Part shown: one piece after another, positions 22,277-36,004 of the stretch | How the letters are laid out: the number at the start of each line of letters is the position of its first letter | Numbering within the stretch: position 1 is the first letter of the stretch | Assembly: GCA_965645245.1 (NCBI GenBank) | Contig: OZ287069.1 | Coordinates: forward strand, 1,984,001-2,048,000 | Length of the DNA stretch: 64,000 bases | Origin: Massalongia carnosa | Lineage: Eukaryota | Direction: 5' to 3' | The notes under the pieces: model-generated | Told to the model about the DNA's origin: nothing | What the model saw: only the letters and a program-made list of their open reading frames with translations | Databases searched by the model: none | Made by a program: the position numbers and the translations under genes

Positions 22277-24999
22277 TCAAAGCACAATCTTATAGACACC
22301 CCCCCCAACCTCCAGCTTCCCCTCCCTAACCATTCCATCTAGAAAATCTCTCATGGTCTCGCTCCCAAATGGGAAACCCCCAGGCACGAATACCCCCAAG
22401 AAAGTTACAATCTGCCCTAGTGGCATGGGTCCCTGGTTCGTCAACATGGCCACCACGTACTGCCAGTACATGGCCATGCTCCCCGTCGATATGGCACTAC
22501 TGCTGTCGGAGAACACTACGGGACCTCCCGTGGCTGTGCTGGCAACGTCGGCAGCGGCTGCTGCAGCGGCGATGGTGGATTGCGCGGTAGTGCCGTCGGC
22601 GCCGGTGCCCGCATCGGAGAGCGTTTCGAGGACGGCGAAAGTATTTGGGGAAGTCTCTTTAAGGACGAGCTTGCCAACCCAGAAGGTTAGGGCATTGCAG
22701 ACCAAGGATTCGCTCATCGTTAGTTCTTCCGCTAATACCTGCACTGTTTTTGTAATCGGGTTGGACGTATGGGTACCGAAGCTCTGAAAGGCGTGAATTA
22801 CGCTCGCCTGCCAGGTTTGGACTTCCTCCGTGATTTGGCGATCGTCGAGGTCAATATCGACGGTGACCTGGCCCAGAGCGTGAAGCCAAGTCAGCTTGCG
22901 CGATTGCTTCAGGTTTTCGAAGCCGCTAGAGTAACGAGATTGCAGGGATTCGATTTCAGGGGGGATGAGGAACGATTCTGAGCGTAAGGAGGGCCAGAAC
23001 AGGTGGGATAGGATTCTAGTATGGAGTTCTGGTAGAGATTGGGAGTTTTCGTCTTGGTTAAGCTTTTGGTCGTGACGAATCACGGTATCGACACGTCGGG
23101 AGTCGAGTATGTCTCTTAGCATGACTTCGCAGGCTTGGAGTGCTGCCTCGCCAAATCGCAGCTTCAATAGTTCAAGGACACGAATCTACGTAATTAGTTG
23201 AAAATTTTTAGTGGTGGTTGTTTTTAACTTGCCTCTTTGTCGAAGTCATATTCGTTTTTGAGTAGCCGCTCTCCTAGAATTCTTTGAAATTCTTTTACAA
23301 AAATGTCTTTCGAGTCAAACAAGCTAATGAGCGAGCCGATAACATCGGAATTTTTCGATTTTTTATACTCTGCTTATCGTTAGGAGGTACGCCCTGGACT
23401 ACACCGTGCTACCGCCTTACCTGGACCAGCATCAACGGGATCGGGCATCCAACACATATCGTCCCAATCCAGGTCTCCATCGTCCATTTCTTCCTCTGCT
23501 GTTAAGGATGCCGTCTGGTTCATCTCTACTGCAAGCTCAATGAGAACGTCAGTCCCGCATGACTCATCATCGGGATCAGCCAATAGACCACCAACAACAA
23601 TAGTGACGGTGTCATCTCTTTCACGAAGATAGCGTCGAATAGGTCGCGCAACACGATCCAGGAGGACTCCCTTGGGATCAAGTACTGTAAATGCTCGAAT
23701 GAGCGAAATGTACATTTGTAGGATCTCTGTTGTGGAAGCTCCCGGTTGAAGTAGCCGATGTGACAGAACGCGTGAAAATGAGATTGTAAGAAATGCTCTT
23801 GAGGATGTGTTTGTTACATAACGCTTTAAATCTTCAATAGCGCCTCTACTATCATTGTCCCAATCAACGATGATGTTGAATAGTTCACTCGTTCGCAGAG
23901 CTCCTAACTCGTTGATACCCATCTCCTGCCATCTTTCAACGTCAGCATGTGTTACCCTGGTTAATTGATCCGCCGAAAAGACGGTATCATCTTTTAAACA
24001 AGCAAGAATTTCTACGACTAGCCGTGCGAAGTGGTTCTCTATCCAGCCCCGCAACTGCTCGCCGATAGCTGAAGGCGAAGTCCATCTACCAGCATAGGCA
24101 GACTTAACGTGATCGGTTATGAGATTACTCATAACTTCCGCAAATACCCTTTGAGCATTAGCACCGCCCAAGCCAACGTCGTTTAGGCTTTTCATGAATT
24201 CAAGCATCAAAGAACGCTCATGCTGAGTGCTGATTAACTTGGTGATTCCTAAAATGATGATAGCTTGTCTCTTGAGAAAATTGCTAAGATGGTGGAGGAG
24301 CCCTTCCTGGACCAGAGAGTAAGAGAACAGCCCATGAAAGTTTGTTTTGATGCGAAGGAGTTTATCAACCCCCCCGTCAGGCAAAAACCTCGTAATATAG
24401 CTTCTCAACGGATGCAAGTAAATTTTCTGCGTGACTTCTAGAATCTGAACCACTTCAAATAGAGCATTTAAATTTTTCTCATCGTTTAGGGTCTGGCCTA
24501 ATCAGATATACGTTCCTTCCATTACATAATCTATGGAGAATACCTTTACCAAGCCAGGTCTCACGTATTCAAGGTAATGCTTTGTTCCCATTTCCTCATA
24601 GTACCATTGGAGAATGTCGTCTTTGTTGAGCTGCTTTCTTAATCGACGGCCATATGAGTTTTCTGATGCAACATATTCAACAGCTCTCGAAACTTCCGTT
24701 GTGAACGGCTTCAACCATTTTCCTTTCAATGTCTCTTCATTTTGAAGAGCACAGCTGGCAAAGGCAGCTGTGATTGGCACATTCGGCAGCGAAAGATATG
24801 CTGTTGCTGTATGCCAGGCACGATCCCATTTGATCTGCTCTGCTGCGCCCGTCACGGTAGCTGTTTCCGATGGGATTGAGGAGCTAAACGATTCCTCAAA
24901 GCCATCTGAACCAAAAATAGGCGTCGCAGAAGGCGTTGGGACATTAACATCACTTGGTGGTGGAAAGACTGCAGAAAAGACGCTATCATAACCAGTCAT
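22277..24999 (-). CDS. APC2: Anaphase-promoting complex subunit 2 (cullin-like), multi-exon
   Basis: RLLQPGASTTEILQMYISLIRAF, RYLRERDDTV, WMPDPVDAGP, LKLRFGEAALQACEVMLRD, SRKLTWLHALG, C-terminal MLTNQGPMPL winged-helix region. Start codon tentative. Confidence 0.93.
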
Positions 25000-25069
25000 G
25001 ATTAGGCAAGTTAAATAAAAGGCCAAGCAGTGCCCGTGCGGCTCTTGTACATACATACATAATGGCGAG

Positions 25070-25086
25070 ACGCGTAGCCTACGCGT
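25070..25086. promoter_or_regulatory. Paired MCB elements (ACGCGT x2) about 70-90 bp upstream of the APC2 ATG
   Basis: ACGCGT at 25070-25075 and 25081-25086, forming the inverted repeat ACGCGTAG-C-CTACGCGT. Confidence 0.5.
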
Positions 25087-25361
25087 AATCTATGCACCGA
25101 GACTCAATGCCACGTGATAGGTATGTAAAGGTAGGATTACCTAGTGCTAAGGAAAGATACTTGCTCAGCTACAAATTATATAGGTACCTGTAATTCTGCA
25201 TTGAATACTTCTCACCCGCCCTGAGCGAAGCATAGATTTCCAATCTCATTATTTAACCATGAGAGCTTAATCCACGGTCCACACAAAACAACACTTAAAT
25301 ACGATTTTGTCCGGCAACGAGCTAAGCTAGATGCTACGGAAGAGTGATAGTCGCGCGTCAA

Positions 25362-27127
25362 TCACTGCAGGAGAGGGTCTCGAAAATGTTTCTGGGCGTT
25401 TCCCCTCTTGTTTATTCCCCACTGATATTCCTGTTGGGCTCTGAGCTCACGCTTTCGTTCCCTTTTCTCCACGGCGCGGATCTCGCGCTTCTTTGCGTCC
25501 GTCACCCCAAGCATACCCATTCCGCCATTTGCCCTTGTCACCACTTGTCGTCCCCGTGGTTCTTCATGTCTCTGCAGTTCGTCATCAGAACGGGTATTTA
25601 TCTGTGCTTGTTCAATCATACGACGCTGTAGCAGTTCGGCCGCTGAGGGATAATTGTGTAGATTCTGGCGATAATAGCGAGAAAGGGCTCGATGACCGGC
25701 AGTTCGACCAGACGGTAAATGAAGCTCGTATTCTGAATGAAAGACTGCATAATGAGAATGGGCATGTGAATGGAAACCATCGGCCGTACGGTGAGGTCGA
25801 GGATCAGTGTGAGAATGGTGACGGTGCAGGGGGAGTCGTTCATAGGCGTGGGTATGATCTATGGGTACCGCTGTAAGATTTTCCGAGTCCAGTGATGATG
25901 CTGAGCTATCAGTCTCCCAGCCCCCAGCATTTTCATCTCCATCCAGCATCTCCTGGTCCCCATTCGAGCCACTTATAACGGTCTTGAGAGCCTTCAAACG
26001 TGTGGATCCGATCTTTGTGCCTTCAAAGGGATTCTCGTTGGCATCCTCAATGTCATTATCATCGTTGCTTGCATTTTCGTCGTCGGAATAGGTACTTGAA
26101 AAGTCATAGAATTGACCGACTTCGACCATCTCTTCTTCCGAACTGAACGCTATCATGCAATGCCCTTTGTCTCTCATATGAGTTTGTATGCCACTTGCAG
26201 AACCTTTGAGTTTGTGGCAATACAAACACTCATGAAGACTGATAATTTTCTCGTACAAGTAGCGTACGAGGCCCTCCAGGTCAACGAGGTATGACTGTTC
26301 AGGAATGAACATACCGTGAAACTTAGTCATGTGCATGACGTTAAGCTTGAATGAAGGAGAATCATAATTGCAGAACATGCATCGATTCATTGGCACTTCT
26401 TCTGGTTTTGCCACCGGCTTAGATTCTGTAAACTGGGGTTTTCTCGCTGATACTGTTGTTAATGTTTTAGACTCTAACCGATCCTGGTTTGCAGAATGAT
26501 GAGGTCTTGATGGACGGCGAGAGACTGGTTCGCTTTCATCTATCGAAGTTTTCTTGATACCATTGATTACTGCTGAGAACTCGGCCTCAGCATCGGGATC
26601 GAGTGTTTCCGTCGGGACTAGACTGATCGGTTCACCCAACGAGAATGTAGAGCTCATCACCGAACTGGTTTCGTCCCTTACAGCTGCGGTATCCCCGTTT
26701 TGCGATGCTGCTATTCTAAGCCTATGCTTCTGACTATTCATATGATTCTGATAGGTATTCTCGCTATAGTATGTCTTCTGACACGCCATGCACAGCCTCT
26801 CAAACGAAGCTTTTGCTGCGGCAGCAGATGTTGACGCCTGTGCTGTGAGAACCTTCTCTGCGAAGACTTCTGAGGATAATGGTGGAAGTGATGCCACCCG
26901 ACGTTTGAGGTTGTACCGGCTTTCAGTGTGTTAGCAGCCACTTGTGCACTTTCCATGGAATTCTTCACTTACTGCCAATCGCTACGCATATGACCCCTTT
27001 GGAGATCATTAGTTCTAAACGCCACTTGGCACGTATTGCATGTGTATGGATGCGTCTGAGCTGTGTTTACGATACTTGCAGGCTGGGAACCTAAGGGTGT
27101 TAGTCTACTGGTCATGATTGTCGCCAT
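25362..27127 (-). CDS. REI1: Pre-60S maturation factor Rei1/Reh1 (ZNF622 family), one intron near 26920-26970
   Basis: PYTCNTCQVAF...HMRSDW/RYNLKRRVASLPP, C2H2 fingers CMACQK...HMNSQKH, CMFC...H...HGMFIP, CLYC...HMRDKGHC, C-terminal HFRDPLLQ. Confidence 0.93.
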
Positions 27128-27890
27128 GATGAGATAGGAAGCTGATCGAAAAGCAAATGCAGTAATCGGACTTCGATTCAGGTAATATTTGCTCGATGTA
27201 AAGGACTAATAGGTAAGGAGGCAGAAAGAAAGTAGGAAAGCTATATTTTGTGAAGCCGCAAGATACAGTTGAAAACACTCGAACCCAATATTGCCGGAGA
27301 AATAGTCGTTGGTAGTAGAGGCGTAGGTTAAGTTTGTAGTTTGATAATCTGATTTAGTTTGCATAAGTTGAAGGTATGACGTAGACCAAGGGCCAGCCTT
27401 ATCGCTTCGAAGGACTAACAAAAGAATCTAGCAGGCCTTATTCATTCAGCTTCAAGACGTGCCTTCCTCCCAGAACATTTTATATGTATTAACTTACTGT
27501 CTCCGTGAGGTAAATTTCATTTCTACTTCGTTTTTAATCTTTAAATTCCATCCAGCAACGTATTCAGTAGCCATTTAACTTGTTGTTTTCGTATTCTCTA
27601 TCCTCCACTTATTCTTGACAACAAAATAACTACTGCAATGGTATGCTGCGTGGAATGATGATTGGCCCTAGATTATCTTTTAATTTGGAATTTTCAGAAA
27701 AGGGACACTGCTGTCTATCTGGTCGGTCGTTCAAAACGAGAACGGCTACCCTCTAAACCGAGGAGCTGATGCGAACGCAAGTCAACCACATTTTACACTT
27801 GGATCCTTCAAGGCATACTGTTAGCTCAGCCTGGAATTTACAATAAAAACCTGTGTATATACTACATTAGAATCTTCTGGGTGTCTTCAA

Positions 27891-30800
27891 ATGGAGAAAG
27901 TCACCGCCAGACCCTTCCGTGAAAACCGCCTACAGTTCGCAAAGCTTCATAGCACAGCAGCCCCTATTCTGGCCAAAGATACTATATACGTGAGTGATCC
28001 TGGAATATATTGGCCTTGCCACGCGCTTGAGCGTCGTCGAATCTTCAATGGCCTTCTTTGTAGGTAAGTATCCCAGATAGAGCAATGGCGTTACCCTTAT
28101 GACATCAACTAACCTAAACCACTCATTTAATTAGCTATTATCGTCAGATTATGCATGGTTGTGTAAGTCAAAACTGTAAGACAATCACATGCCTGAGCTA
28201 TCAGAAAAAAGCAACGAACAAGCCATTTAGGCGGTTCACAGTGTTAAGTGCCCGAACTTTGGCGGCTTTTCTTGCTGCACAAGATCATCCTGAGAAAGGG
28301 TTATGTCCAAATACAAATGTGGCTTTGCCAGAGGAGCCAGAGGTTGAACTATTTCGAAAGGAATGTCACACGGCCCAGGAGGAAATTAACAGCAGCATGA
28401 AGAGATCGGCAGCTAGCCGGCTAAAGTCACTAACGCTCGGCCATTCACCTAAAATAGGTAGCCCTGATACTGGAAATTGTAACAAAAATATGAAAGCAGA
28501 TTATAGTACGGGGAATCAAGAATTGGCAGGAACTCGAGGTGTATCTGTGGATACAGTTGCCAATCAAAATAACAAAATGCCAAGAGGAGAGCGAATGGAG
28601 AAGGATCCAAAATCTTTTACTCAAAACTTATTTGATACAATAGTTATGAAAAGGTTTCACTTAAGTGAAATGGAATGGTATAGGACACCGCCCGTAATAT
28701 CTCAAGACCTTGTTGGGTCCATTGCCAGAAATACCATTCCGGTCATGGAAACTAGGGAGAAATTACAACGTTCAAACATAGCACAATCTGCAGGATCTCT
28801 AAATATACCAAGAAAAGCACCAACCGAAACATTCAAAGAGCCAGCGCCGCTCTCAAGAAGATATTTAGAAGCGATCAATGATACTCACCCTACACGGCAG
28901 TTACTTACTCGAGACCACGCTACAGATTCAGAGAGCCTGGAATCTAGTCCCACAACTTTCCAGGGTTTAGGCACAATAAACACGGCCGATCGTTCATTGC
29001 ATCAGGATAAGGGTAATTACCATTATGAGGAAGACAGATCAGAAAGCACCGATAACTTATCAAAGAAGGCGGCTACTACACAAGAAAACCCGACATTCAA
29101 AAGTCAAGTTATCAACTTACCGTTTTCCAGGCTTGCTTTGGATTCAAATTGTATGATGAAGCCAGGTGATTTGGCCCCGGATCCAGTAGCTCAACCTCAA
29201 GCTTTAAAGAGGTTCACCCTAGAGAACATATTAGAGTTAGTTAAAGCAGTCAAAATGGCCGACCCTGGGTCTTATGACGAGCACAGCTTCTCACAATCAC
29301 TAGGCCGAACAAGATCATCGTTTTCTGTGACAGGATTTCTTAAAGGCCACGCCACCCAACAAGAAATGAGCGCTTTATTTGTCACCCAATCAATCATTTA
29401 TGTGCTGAGCACGGTTGATGCTTTGTTGGTGTCGTTCATAACTCCTGCGGACGCTGACTCGCTGGAATATAAACGACCAGCCACCTTGCTGGATATCACT
29501 CGAGCTTTTCGCTTGTTGATGGACATAGATTTTCATCCTCGAAGCATTGTGCCAAGTCTTTGGAATAGTGTTAATAAACTGCAACCTCCATCCAACCTTC
29601 GCTCAAAAACTGCGCTCTGTTTAGAACGTCGGTCGACCAACCCGCATCGCTCATCACTTTCCATTGGTTTGGATAGCGATCTTGTCAATAATCAGCTCAT
29701 GAGTGATTTCTCTGCTGTTCATATAGTGAAGATCGCTCTCGCTGCTTTAATAGCTTCAGTTCCGGAATGCAACGAGGAAACCTGGTCAGCGGTTCGAAAA
29801 CTTCGTGCATCCGGCAAAATCGCACCTGATCCCCAAAACCTGCGGCTTGGAAGAGTGTCGATGGATGCTACGCTTGAAGTAATGGATTCATATGGTGATG
29901 AGATGGCCCTGAGCCTCATGAAGAGGGTTGTCCGAGCAATTGCAGCACGCCAATGCATGTCGGAGATTTCCAGGTATCCTGGGCTGGGCACGGACAAGGA
30001 TAAGACTTCTACTGACAACGGTGAAGCCTTTATGAATATTCTTCTTCGTGAAGTTACGGACTCTGATGCTACAGATATAAACTTAGCTCAGCATAGTGTT
30101 GTGGAAGGAGGGTTTAGTGCGACGCAGGGCCCTACATCCGAGAATCCTATGGAGGAATCTTCAAAATCTCTCATTTCTCGGCGTCTTCATATTTATGCCA
30201 TTATAGAGTGGCTTCGGAGCGTGATTCTAAGCGAATGGGATGGGAAACCAGAGGTTCCGAGGTGGGGACCTATGGGTGGCGCTCTGGAATTTTTGGTATA
30301 CCTCTGTAAGTTGAACTTTCCATAAGGACTTAAGTTTTGGTTTGTAACGATAGTAACAATCTAATAGCTCGACTACCGGCTCCACTAGGTTTAGCCCCAG
30401 AAACATATCATACCCCTTTTCTATCCGAGCGGCTTAACATTACGGATATGCTTACGGACTGGTTGTCCTCACAACAGGATAGCAACACTGTACATTTGTT
30501 ATCTTATCCGTTCCTCTTTTTACCGTCTACTCTCGTATCTTATTTTCGGGCTATCAATCACACGGCAATGTTTAGGGCATTTGAGAGCTCGTTAGTGGCC
30601 GCTAAATTTGAAAAACAGATGACATTCACTGACCTGGAATCTGGTCGAGGTAAGCTTCGGCTTCATGATAGACTCCGGACTGCCATGTGTAATCACTTCG
30701 TCCTGGAAATCCGACGTGGAGATGTTTTGACTGATGCCCTAAATCAGCTATGGAGGCGAGAAAGGCGGGAATTAATGCGGCCACTCAAGGTCCGCATGGG

Positions 30801-32100
30801 AATGGATGAGGGCGAGGAAGGTCAAGATCACGGTGGGGTCCAGCAGGAATTTTTTCGTGTTGCTTTGAGCGAAGCTCTGAGACCGGACTATGGTAAGCAA
30901 ATCTTGCTCTTTCCTTTTACTTGATTTCTCTAAGTTATCCGTAGGTCTTTTCTCTACAGATACGGAAAGCCGGATGTCATGGTTTCAGCCATGTTCCTTC
31001 GAGCCTCTGTACAAATTCGAACTACTTGGACTGTTAACTTCACTTGCAGTTTACAACGGCCTTACGTTGCCTGTCACTTTTCCTCTCGCATTATATCGGA
31101 AACTACTGAATTTTCCTGTCACACAACTTGCGCACATTCAAGATGGCTGGCCAATACTAGCAAATAGTTTTAAAAGCTTGCTGGCCTGGAGCACTGACAA
31201 TGTCGAAAGTGTCTACGGCATAGACTACGTATTTAGCGTGGAAGGTCCAGGTAAAATCATCTCTGTTGATATGGAAAGGACCCGAAGAGAGGACGAGTGG
31301 CCTCCTTTTACCAAAGGCGATGTAAGGAGTGGAGAAACAAGCTCCCCAATCGAATTGACTAGGTTCCCGACGGAAGTCTTCGGAACGTCATCACATCCTT
31401 TCAAACCGTCACTTGGCGACCAAGATAGATGGTCTGAGCCACCTGTTGACCTGCGATCGCTCGTGCAATCGCGGTCTTCTTCTCGAGCACAATCCGGCTC
31501 CATTCTGCCGTCACCGAGCATGGTCACCAACAAGAATCGCGATCAGTACGTTAATGACTATATCTTTTGGTTGACCGACAAGTCAATTCGCCCGCAATAC
31601 GAGGCATTCGCTCAGGGGTTTTACACATGTCTAGATCGAAAAGCGGCCACACTCTTTACCCCGGAAGCTCTGAAGCTTGTGGTGGAAGGCATCCAGGAGA
31701 TTAATTTGGATGCTTTGCAACAGGTGGCTACATACGAAGGAGGGTATTGGGCGGGCCATCGTGTAATCAAGGATTTTTGGGATGTTGTGCGTCAATTCCC
31801 GCCCACCCAACTGCGGCAGCTCCTCGAGTTCGTGACTGCCAGCGATAGGATCCCAGTCAATGGCATTAGTAGTATTTCTTTCACGATTTTGAAAAGTGGT
31901 GTGGAGGATGAAGTGAGTAAAAAGACAGCCGCCCGCTGGCGATGTTCCCTTCCAAGATCTCTACTAACTTCTTCAAGCGATTACCCACAAGCCTAACCTG
32001 CTTCGGTCGGCTGTTACTTCCCGAGTACTCAAGCCGAGAGAAACTGAACTTCAAATTATGCACTGCAATCGCTAATTGCAAGGGCTTTGGAGTCGCGTAA
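27891..32100 (+). CDS. HECT E3 ubiquitin ligase with an N-terminal AZUL-like zinc finger (UBE3A/Hul4-like), multi-exon
   Basis: [21 protein letters not shown] (AZUL-like); [36 protein letters not shown]; last exon [17 protein letters not shown] with the catalytic Cys, ending GFGVA*. Start codon tentative. Confidence 0.9.
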
Positions 32101-33466
32101 TACTGAGGTGATATGCTCAGTCTACAGAATATCCGGAGACTCTGAGGTATCGAGGCAGTGGTATAGAGTAAGCATGACGACAAGGCCACAGGTAAGCAGT
32201 TGTAAGTAGCAAAGGGTATAGGAACTGGAGCAGGTTACAAATCATTTCCACAATACCCTAAGGCTGAGCCTATGGTATTATTGGTATTATAAGATGGCCT
32301 TCATAATGTCTTTGGGTGTAGGCTTGCGAATTAGGGTTCGCACAAATATATAAACTCAGGGCTTTACGGGTGTTCTATTGTTGGGAGGGTTGGATTAGGG
32401 CAAGTTCTACGATGGAAGTGACCTTGTTCCGAGTCCGACGATTGGCACCTCGATCAAAAGTCGGTTGAAAAATGTCGCGCATACTCTGGACGGAGTACTA
32501 GTAGGGTATGGAACTTCGGAATTATTTGAAGAAAACGCACCCAACCCGTGCCTCAAGGAGTGGTTCCTGAGTTCTTACAGAGTAATGTATTGTACTCTGT
32601 GCAGAGCAACGTATGAGGACCATTCTCTCCTTCCCGTATGTCCGCCGCATCGGCTTCCCCCACACCGCCTTGCCGATAAGGATCCTAAAGCAGGACAAAC
32701 GCAGAACAGGAATGCAGAATGCAGGTAGGTACTGAACAGATACAGAGTACTCTGTACTCCGTCGCATTCCATCCTGACCGTCAAACAGCCTTTCTGTTGT
32801 TACCCATCCAATGGAATCGGTACAGAGTAGCCGCAGTTTCTCATCCGCCCTAGCTCGACTGAAACTCGATTCTCGTTCAATCTCACCGATCGATGACATC
32901 TTTCACTGCATGAACTAGGTCTAGCGCGGCTTGGTGCAACGGCGGACCGGCTGATTTGTTGGCCGATGGGTGATGGCGCGGTTTTCTCGCTCGCACATGA
33001 GTGAATCTACTCCACCAACACATCAGATACTTTGCGCTTGATGCTCGATTATGAAAGGACTCGATGTCAATACTCTGTACACTACAAGATGGCGTGCGAG
33101 ACACGCAAACGGATCCTTCTAGCCTCGATCGGTATCACTCAAGAATACCCCCGGTCGCTTGGGCCCTGCATACACACATAAACTCCCGCTGCCTACAAAC
33201 TTACAGAGTAAATTTTAATATAATATGCACCAGTACCTTTGCTTAGATATCAAGCCGGTGCTACCAATTTGGATCTTTCATATCTGAAGAGCTTGGCCTC
33301 CTCGGTCGAAGCAAGCAAGGGGATTCTATCATTTCGGATGGCTCTCCAGCCTGGAGCCCCCGAGCTCTGAACAGTTGGCTAGGCGTTTCGCATCGAAGCC
33401 GTGGCAAATCACCAGACGCCTTCCCCGGTTCCTTCGCTAGGATAAACGGCTCTTTTCTTCTCGATA

Positions 33467-34829
33467 ATGATGTCGAAAAACATGGCCTCAGGATTCCATC
33501 AAACCGAGCCTCATTTCATGGAGAATCGTCCTGCAATGTCGGCCTTTCTCCAAAAACGCCAGCCTCTGACACCATTGTCGCCATCTCTCCCTACTTCCTT
33601 GCCACACGTCTGTGAGACAATCCCGCAGTTGCCTTTGACCCCGCCTGATGGAGGAGAATACATCGACATCGCGGCCAATGAGGAAGCGATCCGAACCGCT
33701 TTACATGTACTCGCCACCGAAAGAGATGCTTTGACGCATCTTAGAAGTCTATACGAGTCGGATCCGACGGCACAAAAGGGCTTCATAAATGCGGTGAACG
33801 TGATACTAAAGACCACAAAACGCTGCGGGAAGCTCGTGGTTTGTGGAGTGGGTAAGAGCGGAAAGATCGGGGAGAAAGTAGTGGCCACGATGAATAGCTT
33901 TGGCGTCCGGAGCACGTTTCTTCATCCTACCGAGGCGTTACATGGTGATCTTGGCTTGATCGGAGCCGTAAGTCTTATCCGCTCTAAATCGTTTGGTTGC
34001 ACTGGTTAACGAGAGCTTTTAGAATGACACAATACTCCTGATTACCTTCTCCGGCCGTACACCGGAAATTTTGCAACTTGTTCCCCATCTATCCCCATCG
34101 CTTCCACTGATTGCAATAACATCGCACTCCCATCCTTCAACCTGCCCACTATTTATCTCGCGGCCATCACATCTCTCCATACTCCTTCCTGCTCCGATCC
34201 CCACCTCTGAAATTCAATCTTTTGGGCTTCCCGCGCCTACTACTTCTACCACCACGGCCCTAGCACTAACCGACGCTCTTGCCCTTGCCCTTGTGCGGCG
34301 TCTCCATCCCGATCCTTGCGCCATCTTCCATACCCATCATCCGGGAGGTGCAATAGGAGCCAGCGTTTCAACCCATGGCGCGCAAACAATCGGCGCAATT
34401 GCAACCACCGTCAATTCAATACCTGTCGCAAAAGCTCGACTTGGTCGTTCGTTCATTTCAGCACGTGACATCCTCCTTGCTGCCGCTAAGTCTGCCTCCG
34501 GCTGGGTGCGCATATCCCATTGTTCAATCATTGCCCCACGGCAGGTGCAGCAGCTAGGGGAGACGGCTGATCTGGACTGCTCTACATCTTTCTTGAAGGA
34601 CATACTTGTGGTTGAGAAAGCCGACTGGATATCAATACCTGCTAGTAATTCCGTGTCGGAGGCAAAGGAATGGATCCTTGGTATGCGTGATGGAGAAAGG
34701 GGGAAGGACTTCCTGAAGGTAGGGACAGTGTTAGGGATTGTGGACATCAAGGGAGACGTAAGCGGCGTAGTCGAGATTGAGGATGTGGTTGGGGAGGAAG
34801 AGGTCCAGAAATGGGGCGATTGTGGCTAA
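33467..34829 (+). CDS. SIS-domain sugar-phosphate isomerase, KpsF/GutQ-like (intron about 33968-34022)
   Basis: LVVCGVGKSGKIGEKVVATMNSFG, FLHPTEALHGDLG, ITFSGRTPE, APTTSTTTALALTDALA, HHPGGAIG. Confidence 0.9.
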
Positions 34830-36004
34830 TTGGTAGGAATCGGAAAGTTCTTGCCGCAAGGGAAGTTCTCCAGCTTCGGAATGATGGCTTTAGGCTTGTA
34901 GAGAGTACAGAATAGAGAGCAATAGATTCGCCACCCGGCGAAATGATTGATGATATAGATTGACGATACAGACTTATTCATCCATCTTACTTGCCATGTT
35001 GTGATCGCTGGGATACTTTTTTCTATTGCTCCGACGTCTTTTGGAATAGGCATCACGCAATGAAGCACGCATTCGAACTGGCAGCTAACACCATACCGAT
35101 CTTCCTGCCGAAGTCGAGGGACTAGCTACCTACCTACCTTACCGTGTTCTAGAGTAAAAGTGATACGTCAGGAGTTCGTCGTAGATAAGCTCAAGATAGG
35201 GCTGGACTGGACGACAAATGGGCTCGTGATCGACCACGCTAAAGCCCGTTCCGGTAAATTATCCGTAACCGATCTTTCGAGAGGTTCTCAACGGAGCTTA
35301 GACCTCGTCCCCGAGATTTTGATCACATTCACCTGCTACTACTGACATACAGAGTACGGTTCCCACGGTCTTTCACCTAGGTACCATATCATCAAGCTGA
35401 GGTTTTTGTCTATCTGTTAGCTTGGGCGAACTCGCTTGGATGCGATTGTATCTCGACTTGTTTTTAAAAATAAAATAAACCTACCGGAAAAAATAATTCA
35501 CTTTAGCCATGGATCTGTGACTTTGGGAGTTGAGTCATCCACCAACCCAAATAAGCGCTCGATACCAACGCCATGAGTGCTCCACCCGTGAGAATACTGT
35601 GAGGATACTGTGTAGCCTAGACTTCCCGGAAAAGCTGCCTTTTTTGCTGACAGCCTTCTCCATCGGCAGGCACCCGCACTAGCAGCTCGTCGATCTCGAA
35701 TTCGGTTTGGCGTACACCTTGAGCTTCCATCATGTATGATAGCTAGGGCGAACTCGAACAACGCTCTTGACACCCATTGATGCATCATCGGCCTTCAATT
35801 ACAAACGTGTTGCAAGTCCCAGCTCCACATCCACGCGGAACCCCTTGAATACCAGTCATTGTTATGTGATGGCTATCACCAGCAGAGACATTCTTCTTGT
35901 GTTACATGGTGGAATTGAACATCTCAGAGACAGCAGATTTTTCTCTTGAAGGCTACAAATAGGAAAGCGTTTCGACTGTGCCTCGTTCCGTCGTTGAAAG
36001 GACC

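Noticed and set aside
22022..22295. ORFs with MRTRMRTR / LVLILVLI repeats
   Set aside because: They are translations of the 12-bp minisatellite in convergent 3' UTR space, with no other sign of coding.
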